Source: Anaeromyxobacter sp. (GTDB taxonomy: Bacteria > Myxococcota > Myxococcia > Myxococcales > Anaeromyxobacteraceae). Taken from it: a stretch of 64,000 bases of DNA. The notes beneath the pieces were generated by a model. The model did no database searches. It saw only the letters and a program-made list of their open reading frames with translations, and was not told the origin of the DNA. The DNA lies in assembly GCA_049840735.1 (NCBI GenBank), contig JASGJN010000020.1, positions 640,001 to 704,000 of the forward strand, given 5' to 3'. Position numbers and translations under genes: made by a program. Positions 40,266-51,690 of the stretch are shown here, one piece after another (position 1 is the first letter of the stretch; every line of letters starts with the position of its first letter).

Positions 40266-40352
40266 ATGACGTGGCCCGGCAGTCCCAAGGTGGCCTTCGA
40301 GCTCCTCATCGCCTTCCCGGCCCTCGCGCTCGTCGGAGGGTCCTCGCGGTGA
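40266..40352 (+). pseudogene. 28-aa ORF resembling a chemoreceptor (MCP) N-terminus
   Basis: MTWPGSPKVAFELLIAFPALALVGGSSR*, GAGGGG RBS, GTGA overlap with the next gene. Confidence 0.35.
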
Positions 40353-42187
40353 CACCGACGCCCGAGCCGCCGCTCCCCGCCGTCTCGGCCAGCCCCGAGG
40401 CGCTGGTCGGGTTCTGCGTGCATGCCGCCGAGGCGCTGGACGCCGCCGACCTGGCGCTGATCGCGTGGGAGTACGACCAGGAGCGGCAGGACCTGCCCAC
40501 CCTGCTGAAGGAGACCTACGAGTCGCTGCGGGCCCGGTCGATGGCGCTGGGGCTCGAGGGCGTGGCCTCGGTGGGACGGCTCTCCCACGGCGTGGTGACG
40601 GCCTGGAACGACCTGCGCCTGCCGCTCTCCGGCGGCGTGATGGACACGCTCTACGAGTCGGTGGCCTGCCTCCGCGGCTTCCTGGTCGGCGTCTACGCGC
40701 ACCTGGAGGGCGGCGAGCCGCTGGCCGCCACCACCCCCCGCTGCGAGCGGGTGGCCAGGAGCCTGCGGAGCATCCTCGACGGTGAGCCGGCCGTGGACGC
40801 CCCCCTCCCGCCGGTCGAGCCGGGCCAGCGGGTGGGCGAGATCCTGGTCTCGACCTTCGACGTGCCGGAGAGCGCCATCGAGCGGGCGCTGCAGGGACAG
40901 GTCAGGTCCGGGCGGCGCCTGGGCGAGGAGCTGGTGGCCTCGCACCTGGTCGAGGCGTCGGTGGTGGCCCGCGCGCTCCGCGCCCAGGCGCTGGTGGCGA
41001 GGAACAGCGACGCCGGGGCCCTCGCCGAGACCGTCAAGGTGGACCTGCGCCGCCTCGACGGGCTGATGGAGGCGCTGGGCGAGCTGGTGGTGGTGGAGTC
41101 CACCATGCGCAACGTGGGCGAGTTCCGCCAGGCGCAGTCCGAGGCCGCGCGCCGCTGCCTGTCCCAGCTGGCCAAGATCACCCGCGAGCTGACCGACGCC
41201 GGGACCCGCCTCCGGCTCCACCCGGCGCACGAGCTGTTCAGCCGCGTGCTGCGGACCGTCCGCGAGACCGGCCGGCGCACCGGCCGCTCCGTCACCCTGG
41301 ACCTCCAGGGCCAGGCCACCGAGGTGGACCGGCTGGTCGTCGAGCAGCTGACCGAGCCGGTGCTGGCGCTGGTCCGGGCGGCCGTCGCCTACGGCGTGGA
41401 GCCCCGCGACGAGCGGGAGCGGATCCACAAGCCCTCCCGCGGCACGGTGCAGCTGCGGGCCCGCACCGAGGCGGGCAACGTGGTGCTGGAGATCTCCGAC
41501 GACGGCGCCGGGATCGAGCGGGAGGCGCTGCTGCGCGCCGTGGGCGAGCGCGGGCTGGCGCTACCCCCCGGGGCGCGCGACTGGCCGCTGGAGACGCTGC
41601 TCTGCCACCCCGGCGTCTGGCCGCCACCCGGCGACCCCGACGGCGCCGGGGCGCTGCTGCCCTTGGATCAGGTCAAGGCGCGCGTGACCGCGCTGCGCGG
41701 GCGGATGACCGTCCAGAGCACGCCGGGCCAGGGCACCACCTTCCAGCTGGTGCTGCCGCTCACCCTCACCACCCTCGACGCCATGCTGGTGGCGTGCGGC
41801 CGCGAGCGCTTCCTCATCCCCACGCTGTCGGTGGTCGAGTCCATCCGCCCCACCGCCGGGATGGTGGCCACGCAGGCCGGGCGCACCGAGGTCCTCTCTC
41901 TGCGCGGCTCGGTCCTGCCGCTGGTGCGGCTCTCGAAGGTGCTGGAGGTGGAGGGCGCCCGCGGCGAGCCCACCGACGCGCTGGTGGTGGTGGTGGAGCT
42001 GGAGGGCGCGCGCCTCGGGCTGCTGGTGGACGACGTGGTGGCCCAGCAGCACGTGGTCATCAAGCCGCTGGGCGAGGGGATGGGCCGCCTGGCCCACTAC
42101 TCCGGCGCCGGCATCCACGGCGACGGCCAGATCGGCCTCATCCTCGACGTGCGCGCGCTGTTCAAGGACCGGCGGGGAAGCCCGTAG
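40349..42187 (+). CDS. Degenerate CheA-like protein (Hpt-like, MshEN-like, P3, HATPase-like, CheW)
   Basis: TVKVDLRRLDGLMEALGELVV, ISDDGAGI, S.PGQGTTF...LPLTL, CheW domain; Hpt His, N-box and G2 box substituted. Confidence 0.85.
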   Translation: MTPTPEPPLPAVSASPEALVGFCVHAAEALDAADLALIAWEYDQERQDLPTLLKETYESLRARSMALGLEGVASVGRLSHGVVTAWNDLRLPLSGGVMDTLYESVACLRGFLVGVYAHLEGGEPLAATTPRCERVARSLRSILDGEPAVDAPLPPVEPGQRVGEILVSTFDVPESAIERALQGQVRSGRRLGEELVASHLVEASVVARALRAQALVARNSDAGALAETVKVDLRRLDGLMEALGELVVVESTMRNVGEFRQAQSEAARRCLSQLAKITRELTDAGTRLRLHPAHELFSRVLRTVRETGRRTGRSVTLDLQGQATEVDRLVVEQLTEPVLALVRAAVAYGVEPRDERERIHKPSRGTVQLRARTEAGNVVLEISDDGAGIEREALLRAVGERGLALPPGARDWPLETLLCHPGVWPPPGDPDGAGALLPLDQVKARVTALRGRMTVQSTPGQGTTFQLVLPLTLTTLDAMLVACGRERFLIPTLSVVESIRPTAGMVATQAGRTEVLSLRGSVLPLVRLSKVLEVEGARGEPTDALVVVVELEGARLGLLVDDVVAQQHVVIKPLGEGMGRLAHYSGAGIHGDGQIGLILDVRALFKDRRGSP

Positions 42188-42279
42188 CCGGCCGCGACCC
42201 CGTCTCGCGACGTCCCCTCCCGTCGTTCACCCCGGGGAGGTAACACCACAGACCTGCTCCACCCTCCCCCGCCCGGCGC

Positions 42280-44415
42280 ATGCTCCGCCGCATGAAGCAG
42301 ATCGTGAGCATCAGCCTGGGCGCGAGCGCCGGCGACTACGACTTCACCACCACCTTCCTCGGCCAGTCCTTCCGGATCCGGCGCTTCGGCACCGACCACG
42401 ACCTGGCCCGGGCGCACGCGCTGCTGGCGCGCTGGCAGGGCGAGTGCGACGCCATCGGCCTGGGGCGCGTCAGCGACCACCAGCTGGTCGGCGCGCACCG
42501 CCTGGAGGACTCCACCACCGCCGCGCTGGAAGCGGCGGTCAGCGAGGTCCCGGTCACGACCGGCGCGCGGCTGCGCTCGGTGCTGGACGAGTGGGCCCTC
42601 CGGCACATCCAGTCCCAGGAGCGCCAGTACTTCACCAACGCGCGGGTGCTGTTCCTGTCCGGCCTGGACGACTACCGCATCGCGCAGGTGCTGGCCGAGT
42701 ACACCGGCAACATGCGCTTCGCGGACCCGCTGCTGCAGCTGGGCGTCCCCAAGCTGCTCGGCTCGCTCTCCGAGCTGGAGACCTACGCCGGCCTCACCGC
42801 GCGGGCCCAGCGCTACCTGCCCCGCCCGCAGCTCGACGCGAGCCCGGACCTGCGCGCGGCCTGGAACCGGCTGGTGCTGCGCAAGGCGCTGCAGAAGGCC
42901 TCGGTGATCGTGGCGCCGCACTGGGACCTGACCGGGTTCGGGCTGGAGGAGCTGGGCGGCAAGGTGGTGCTCACCTCGGCCGTGCCGGACGAGTGGCTCA
43001 AGCGGCTGGGCGAGCGCGGCGTGGACGTGGTCATCGACCGGACCCCGCAGCTGCTGGAGCGCGTGGTGGGGCTCAACGTGCTGGAGGCGCTCATCATCGC
43101 GGCGCTGGACAAGCGCTCGCGCGACGACGTGCTCCACGACGACTACCTGGAGCTGTTCGGCTCCATGGCGCTCGAGCCGCGGATCCTCTTCCCCTCCGGC
43201 CGGACCCGCCGCGTGAACCGGTTCGCCTTCGTGATCGACCCGCTCTCCAAGGAGTACCTGAAGACCGTCAAGGCGGTGGACCTGGTGTCGCGGGTGGCGC
43301 CGGCCCCGGTGATGAACGCGCTGGAGAAGCTGATCGCCTATTCGCCCCCCTTCGTCTACTCGCACGTCACCGGCATCCGCTCCCCCACCGGCGTGGAGGC
43401 CGAGGGCTGGCTCATCACGGTAGGCGGCACGCCCAAGGAGCTCTTGGCCCACAGCCCGGAGTTCACCTACCGGCGGCTGCTGGACGCCGCCCGCATGGCG
43501 GAGCGGCTGGGCGCGCAGATCATGGGGCTGGGCGCCTTCACCAAGGTGGTGGGCGACGCCGGCGTGACCGTGGCGCGACGGGCCCGCATCCCCATCACCA
43601 CCGGCAACAGCTACAGCGCCTCGGGCGCGCTCTGGGCGGCGTCCGACGCGGTGAAGCGGATGGGGCTCCTGCACCGCAACGGCGGCGGGAAGGTGGCCGG
43701 CAAGGCCATGGTGGTCGGCGCCACCGGCGCCATCGGCTCGGTCTGCGCCCGCCTGCTGGCCATGGCCTTCGAGGAGGTCTACCTCGTGTCGCCGGAGCTG
43801 GCCAAGCTGCTCACGGTCAAGGAGACCATCCTGGCCGCCACGCCCGGCGCGCGCGTGCACCTCTCCAGCAAGGCCGGCGAGAACCTGCGCGACATGGACG
43901 TGATCGTCACCGCCACCTCCGGCGCCGGGAAGAAGATCCTGGACATCATGAAGGTCAAGCCCGGCTGCGTGATCACCGACGTGGCGCGCCCGCTCGACCT
44001 GCCGCCCTCCGAGGTGGCCAAGCGCCCCGACGTGCTGGTCATCGAGTCGGGCGAGATCCAGCTCCCGGGCGAGGTGCGGATGCGCGACATCGGGCTGCCG
44101 AAGGGGGTCGCCTACGCCTGCCTGGCCGAGACCATCGTGCTGGCGCTGGAGGGGCGCTTCGAGACCTTCACGGTCGGTCGCAACATCCAGTGGGAGAAGG
44201 TGAAGGAGATTTACAAGCTGGGCCTCAGGCACGGCATGCGGCTGGCGGCCATCTCCGGCGTGAACGGCGTCTTCTCCGACGCCGACATCCAGCGCGTCCG
44301 GGAGCTGGCGCTCCAGGCGCGGGCCGGAGCGACCGGACAGGACCCGGCCCAGACCCCGCCGCCCGCGGCGGTGACCCAGCCCGCGGGTGAACGGCTGGCC
44401 GCCGCCAGCCCCTGA
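42280..44415 (+). CDS. Two-domain oxidoreductase with C-terminal acyl-ACP-reductase-like domain
   Basis: FAFVIDPL, GLGAFTKVV, ITTGNS, VVGATGAIGS Rossmann, DVARP, AYACLAET; N-terminal IVSISLG domain. Confidence 0.7.
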   Translation: MLRRMKQIVSISLGASAGDYDFTTTFLGQSFRIRRFGTDHDLARAHALLARWQGECDAIGLGRVSDHQLVGAHRLEDSTTAALEAAVSEVPVTTGARLRSVLDEWALRHIQSQERQYFTNARVLFLSGLDDYRIAQVLAEYTGNMRFADPLLQLGVPKLLGSLSELETYAGLTARAQRYLPRPQLDASPDLRAAWNRLVLRKALQKASVIVAPHWDLTGFGLEELGGKVVLTSAVPDEWLKRLGERGVDVVIDRTPQLLERVVGLNVLEALIIAALDKRSRDDVLHDDYLELFGSMALEPRILFPSGRTRRVNRFAFVIDPLSKEYLKTVKAVDLVSRVAPAPVMNALEKLIAYSPPFVYSHVTGIRSPTGVEAEGWLITVGGTPKELLAHSPEFTYRRLLDAARMAERLGAQIMGLGAFTKVVGDAGVTVARRARIPITTGNSYSASGALWAASDAVKRMGLLHRNGGGKVAGKAMVVGATGAIGSVCARLLAMAFEEVYLVSPELAKLLTVKETILAATPGARVHLSSKAGENLRDMDVIVTATSGAGKKILDIMKVKPGCVITDVARPLDLPPSEVAKRPDVLVIESGEIQLPGEVRMRDIGLPKGVAYACLAETIVLALEGRFETFTVGRNIQWEKVKEIYKLGLRHGMRLAAISGVNGVFSDADIQRVRELALQARAGATGQDPAQTPPPAAVTQPAGERLAAASP

Positions 44416-44508
44416 CGTCCGCCGCGCCAGCACCTCCGCCGCACCCCGGAGTGTTCACCCGGAGGAACGATGGACCGGCGGTGAACCGTCCGGTTCACTG
44501 GGCGGACC

Positions 44509-46873
<2,365 letters not shown>

Positions 46874-47027
46874 GCGCTGCTACCGCGCGCGCGTCCTTCG
46901 CCTCCGCGACCGTGCGCGGGCGCCACGCCCAGGACCCGACCGGGCACACCGGCAGTGCGGGTTGCGAACGGGCGGGCCGCCCCCTATCTGCCATGGCTGC
47001 CTGGCCGGCGCCGGGCGGGAGGCGGAC

Positions 47028-47336
47028 ATGGCCGAAGGGACGAAGGCGGGCGAGGCGCGGCGCACGGCGGCGGCGGGGCTGGGCTCGATGGGCAAGGGCG
47101 TGCAGGCCGCGGTCGATTACTTCGAAGGCACCACGCAGGCCGTCGCCGACGGCGTGCGCACCTTCCAGGACCGCTTCGAGATGAAGAGCATCCTGGACCC
47201 GGGCGCCGAGACCGGGCTGGTGGGGGCGCTCCTCACCGGCTACGCCCGCTACTTCGAGGGAATGGCCAAGGTCTCCTCCCAGGCGGCCGACAAGTTCAAG
47301 GCCGGCGAGGGGCAGAAGGCCGGCGAGGCGCGGTGA
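47028..47336 (+). CDS. Small hypothetical amphipathic-helix protein (102 aa)
   Basis: GGAGG RBS, normal codon usage, GTGA overlap with next gene. Confidence 0.75.
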   Translation: MAEGTKAGEARRTAAAGLGSMGKGVQAAVDYFEGTTQAVADGVRTFQDRFEMKSILDPGAETGLVGALLTGYARYFEGMAKVSSQAADKFKAGEGQKAGEAR

Positions 47337-48550
47337 GCGCCCGCCCCTACCCCTACGCATTCCACGTCGCGCTGGACGGCAACGGGCTCAACGGGCTCGA
47401 GGGCATGGCCGGGGTCTGTCTGTTCCTCTACGACCCCGAGGATCACCGCTACGCCTACAAGGTGAAGTACTACGACGGCGTCTCGGCCGGCCACGCGGTG
47501 AGCGTCAACCCGGACCGCACCGTGGGCTTCCTGGGCAACGCCGGGCAGCAGCTGCTCTTCTACGACGCCCGCACGCTGGAGGAGCTGCAGCGCGTCTCCA
47601 CGCTGCGCTTCGAGGCCAGCGAGACCACGCTGCGCGGCTCCACCCACGTGGTCTGGCTCGACGCCCACCGCTTCATCACCGCCATCGGCGCGCACCTCTG
47701 GCTGCTGGACCTGCGCGACCTGTCGCGCGGCGAGCGGCTGGCGCCGCACCGGGTGCGCCTGCCGCACGGGATGAAGAAGACCGCCTCCGGGCGATGGGTG
47801 GCCTACGGGTCGATGGACCACCCGCACCTGGGCGAGGCGCGCGAGGTGGGGCTGCTCGACCTCGGAACCGGCGAGACGCGCCGGGTGGAGCTGCCCACCA
47901 CCTGCTGGCACCTGGCCTGCCATCCGCGCCGCGACGTCTTCTACCCGATCTCCTTCCGCGTCCACCCGCAGGGCGGCCGGGACTGGCACGAGTGGGCCAT
48001 GGCCTTCCTGAAGGAGTACGCCTACGAGATCGACGCCGGGACCGGGCAGGTGCTCCGGCACTGGAGCGCCGGCCGGGAGACGCCGGCGCACATCAACTCC
48101 GACGTCTGCGTCTCGGATCGCGAGCTGATCTTCTGCAATGGTGGCAGCCAGACGGTGGTCTGCGTGGACCTGGAGACGCTGGCCTCGCACCGGCTCATCG
48201 ACGAGCGGCCCGGGGCGCTCGAGACGCTGGCCCGGCCCAGGCAGGTGGCGACGCAGGTGTTCGACGCCTTCGCGCGCGGCGGCGTGTTCGAGAGCGCGCG
48301 CCACTTCGTGGGCGCGCTGCGGGTGAGCCGGGGCTCGCTGCTCGACTCCGTCTACGCCTGCCAGCTCTCGCGGGATCAGCGGCTGCTGTTCACGGCGAAC
48401 CGAGGGCTGAACCACGTCACCGTCTACGACTACCCGTCGCTGACGCTGAGGTTGAGGGTGCCGATGCCGGGGCTGCAGGCGTTCGCGCCGGGAGTGGGGA
48501 AGGCGGCGGATCCGAGGCTGGGGTTCCATCACAGCGTGCTGGTCGGGTGA
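47333..48550 (+). CDS. Hypothetical protein, probable beta-propeller
   Basis: GTG start; blade-like segments (HAVSVNPD, PHGMKKTASGRW, CQLSRDQRLLFTANRG.NHVTVYD). Confidence 0.7.
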   Translation: MSARPYPYAFHVALDGNGLNGLEGMAGVCLFLYDPEDHRYAYKVKYYDGVSAGHAVSVNPDRTVGFLGNAGQQLLFYDARTLEELQRVSTLRFEASETTLRGSTHVVWLDAHRFITAIGAHLWLLDLRDLSRGERLAPHRVRLPHGMKKTASGRWVAYGSMDHPHLGEAREVGLLDLGTGETRRVELPTTCWHLACHPRRDVFYPISFRVHPQGGRDWHEWAMAFLKEYAYEIDAGTGQVLRHWSAGRETPAHINSDVCVSDRELIFCNGGSQTVVCVDLETLASHRLIDERPGALETLARPRQVATQVFDAFARGGVFESARHFVGALRVSRGSLLDSVYACQLSRDQRLLFTANRGLNHVTVYDYPSLTLRLRVPMPGLQAFAPGVGKAADPRLGFHHSVLVG

Positions 48551-48871
48551 CGGGGGCGGGCGGCGTTGACGGTGCCGGCGGGATGGTGCCGGTCGCGGGG
48601 ACGGGGCCGGTCGCGGGCCTGCCGGCGGGACAGGGCCGGTCGCGGGCCGGTCGCGGGCCTGCCGGCGGGACAGGGCGCTGGGGTGGCCCCTGCCCCAGCG
48701 CCGCGGGCGGTGCCGTGCTGAGGGGAAGTGGTGCGGGGCTGGGGACGGGGTGGGGAGTGGGGTCGGGGTTCCAGACGGCGCGGGGGGCGGCGGTGAGGGT
48801 CCGGCGCGACGAGGGTCCGGCGAGGTGGGTCAGGTCATCCTTGTTTGCGCTCACTTGGAGTCCACTGCCAG

Positions 48872-50590
48872 TTACTTTCGCCAGCGAATGCGCCCTTGGA
48901 GGGAGGCGGGGCCGATGGGCGGGGGTGGGTGGGGCGGGCTGGGGGCGGGGCGAGGGGCGGCGGCGAGGGGCGGGGTCAGGTCATTGCTGATGTGGTTTCC
49001 GAACGCGTCACCAGTCGCTCGCGGTGAGCCTGTCGAACCGCGCGTCGAACGCGGTGATGCGAACGGTGGCAGGCACTTTCGCCGGCGGAAGCGACAGATG
49101 GGGCGTGTCGCAGTCTTCGCTTGACGTGAAATCGGCACAGGGCGCTCTCCGCGGTGCAGGGCCGCTGGGAATGGCTCTCCTGCAGCGCTCTCCGCTGCTG
49201 CTGGGGCGCGCGGGGAGGTGCGTGGGGGAGCGGAGATGGGCCCTCGAGATCTCGCCTCTGGCGAGCCGCCAGGGGCCTCGGCGAGCGGCCCGAAAACCGC
49301 GGTTACGATGGCTGCATCTGCTGGAGGTGCACGCCCATGGCCGCTCGACTCGCTGCGCTGGACAACAGCTCCCTCGTCGCCCACGTGAAGTCGCTCGCTG
49401 CGGACGAGCGAGGGATCAAGGTCGACTCGCTGCTTGCGCTGGCGGAGGTGGAGCGGCGGAAGTTCTACCTGGACCTGGGCTATCCCTCTCTCTGGGCGTT
49501 CTGCCGGGAGGAGCTGCACCTCCCGGAAGGCGGCGCCTATCGCCGCATCGCGGCCATGCGGCTGCTGTCCCGCTTCCCCTCCCTCGAGACGCCGCTGCGC
49601 GAGGGGCGGCTCTCCCTCACCACGCTGGGCATGCTGCGCGAGGTGCTGACGGAGGAGAACCTGGAGGCGCTGGTCGGAGACGCGGCCTTCAAGTCGAAGG
49701 CCGAGGTGGAGCGGCTGGTCGTGACCATCCAGCCGCGCGAGGCGCCGAAGGACGGCGTGCGCCGCCTCTCCTCCTCCTCCTCGACCCCCGCGGCCTCCCA
49801 GCCTCGTCCGGTGGATCCAAAGGGTGTGACTGCACCGGCGAGCGCGCTGGTCGAGGCGGCTCCCGTCCGGCCTCAGGAACCGGCCGCTTCCACGGCGCCC
49901 ACCTTCGCGCTCTCGGCGCCCTGCCCCTCCCCCACCCGTCCCGAGCTCCACCCGGTCAACGCGGAGCAGTGGTCCATGCGCGTCACGCTCGACGAGGCGG
50001 CACACGCCGACCTCGAGACGCTTCGCGAGCTGCTCTCGCACAAGATCCCCGACGGCAACCTGGCCGACGTCCTCAAGGAGGCGCTCCGCTGCGCGGTCGA
50101 GAAGCACGCGAAGCGAAAGGGTGCGGTCGAGCTGGCCAGGGGGCCTGCGCCCGCGGCTTCGGCACCCCAGGCCTCCGCGCAGTCTGATACCCCGGCGCCG
50201 GCGGCGGTGTGCGAGCTCGCTCCGGTTCCGGCCTGCCCCGCCGACCCGCTTCCGCTCTTCGCCACTGCCTACCGCTTCGACCCTCGCACCGTCACGGCCG
50301 ACGTCCGGCGCGCGGTCTGGGCGCGCGACGGCGGCTGCTGCTCCTACGTCTCCACGGACGGGCGCCGCTGCTCCAGCCGCTGGCAGCTGGAGCTGGACCA
50401 CATCGACCCGGAGGCGATGGGTGGACCGCCGACCCTCCCCAATCTTCGGCTGCGCTGCCGGGGTCATAACCTCTGGGCGGCGGTGCAGGCGTTCGGGCGC
50501 GAGCACATGGCCGCCTTCGTCCCCTCCCTCTCCCTTTCACTTCCTCCAGCGAATGCGCCCTTGGAGTGTGACGACCGGCCGGGCCGGTAA
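48872..50590 (+). mobile_element. Putative HNH-encoding element delimited by 30-bp direct repeats
   Basis: TTACTTTCG-CCAGCGAATGCGCCCTTGGAG (48872-48901) and TCACTTCCT-CCAGCGAATGCGCCCTTGGAG (50537-50566); 21 bp identical core. Confidence 0.5.
49337..50590 (+). CDS. HNH endonuclease with helical (DUF222-like) N-terminal domain
   Basis: GGAGG RBS; VRRAVWARDGGCC...C...LELDHIDP...GG....NL.L.C..HN; N-terminal YLDLGYPSLWAFC..EL...EG.AYRRI. Confidence 0.85.
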   Translation: MAARLAALDNSSLVAHVKSLAADERGIKVDSLLALAEVERRKFYLDLGYPSLWAFCREELHLPEGGAYRRIAAMRLLSRFPSLETPLREGRLSLTTLGMLREVLTEENLEALVGDAAFKSKAEVERLVVTIQPREAPKDGVRRLSSSSSTPAASQPRPVDPKGVTAPASALVEAAPVRPQEPAASTAPTFALSAPCPSPTRPELHPVNAEQWSMRVTLDEAAHADLETLRELLSHKIPDGNLADVLKEALRCAVEKHAKRKGAVELARGPAPAASAPQASAQSDTPAPAAVCELAPVPACPADPLPLFATAYRFDPRTVTADVRRAVWARDGGCCSYVSTDGRRCSSRWQLELDHIDPEAMGGPPTLPNLRLRCRGHNLWAAVQAFGREHMAAFVPSLSLSLPPANAPLECDDRPGR

Positions 50591-50628
50591 CGCACCCCGT
50601 GCGTCCTCCTCCGGCCGGGCAGGTGACC

Positions 50629-51690
50629 TCACGCGGCCCGCGCGTCCTCCTCCGCCAGCACGGCCAGCACCTCCGGCGACGGCGCCAGCGTGAGGCGCAG
50701 CGTGCGGGTCATGTGCGGGCTCCGGAGCAGCCAGGCCACCGCCTCGGCCAGGGCGCGCCGCGCCGGCCGCGGGGACCAGCCCAGCGCCGCCAGGCGGGCG
50801 TGGTCGTACCAGTAGAACCGCCCGACGGTGCGCGCCTGGTCCCTCGTCACCAGCGGCCGCGTCCCGCTGAGCCTGGCCCAGGCCTCCGCGGTGGTGGCCG
50901 CCAGCAGCGAGGAGAGGTGCCCGGCGTGCAGCCGCGGGCCGCCCACGCCGGACAGCTCGCCGACGATCCGGTGCAGCAGCGCCCACTCGAGGTTCTCGCT
51001 GCCGGCCAGGTAGCGCTGGCCGGGCTCGCCGCGCTCGGCGGCCAGGACGTGCGCGGCGGCCACGTCGCGGACGTGGACCACGTTGCAGCCGCCGGGGAAG
51101 GTGGTCCGCAGCGGGTCGCGCAGGTAGTCGAGGAGCACCGCGGTGCTGGGCACGACCTTGAGATCGTGCGGCCCCACGGTGATGGTGGGCAGCACCGCCA
51201 CCACCTCCACCCCCAGCTCGCGCCCGGCCTCGAAGGCTTCCCGCTCCTGCGCGGCCTTGACGTGGAAGTAGGGCGGCGCCGGCTCCTCCTCCGGCAGCTC
51301 GCAGGCCTCGTCCCGCGGCACGGTGGTGGTGCTGGAGCCGAGCGCCACCGAGGAGGACGTCACCACCACCCGGCGCACGCCGGCGGCGGCCGCCGCCTCC
51401 AGCACGTGGCGCGTGCCGTCCACCGCCACGGCGCGCAGCGGCTCCGCCGCCACGCCGGAGTAGGCGAAGACCGCGGCGGCGTGGAAGACCACCTCCTGGC
51501 CCCGGGAGGCGGCCGCCAGCGAGGCCGGCTCCAGCACGTCGCCCACGGCCTGCTCCACCGGCACGCCCGCCAGCGCGCGCAGGTCGGCGCCGGGGCGGAC
51601 CAGCGCCCGCACCGCGTGCCCGCCGGCCACGAGCTCGCGGACCAGGTTGGAGCCCACGAACCCGTTCGCGCCCGTGACCAGCGCCTTCAC
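50629..51690 (-). CDS. NAD-dependent epimerase/dehydratase (dihydroflavonol-reductase/HpnA-like extended SDR)
   Basis: ALVTGANGFVGS, VFHAAA, TSSS, YFHVK (YxxxK), VHVRDVA. Confidence 0.9.
   Translation of the reverse strand: MKALVTGANGFVGSNLVRELVAGGHAVRALVRPGADLRALAGVPVEQAVGDVLEPASLAAASRGQEVVFHAAAVFAYSGVAAEPLRAVAVDGTRHVLEAAAAAGVRRVVVTSSSVALGSSTTTVPRDEACELPEEEPAPPYFHVKAAQEREAFEAGRELGVEVVAVLPTITVGPHDLKVVPSTAVLLDYLRDPLRTTFPGGCNVVHVRDVAAAHVLAAERGEPGQRYLAGSENLEWALLHRIVGELSGVGGPRLHAGHLSSLLAATTAEAWARLSGTRPLVTRDQARTVGRFYWYDHARLAALGWSPRPARRALAEAVAWLLRSPHMTRTLRLTLAPSPEVLAVLAEEDARAA

Noticed and set aside
49337..50590. IscB/Cas9/TnpB-type nuclease
   Set aside because: No PLMP or RuvC motifs visible; only a C-terminal HNH
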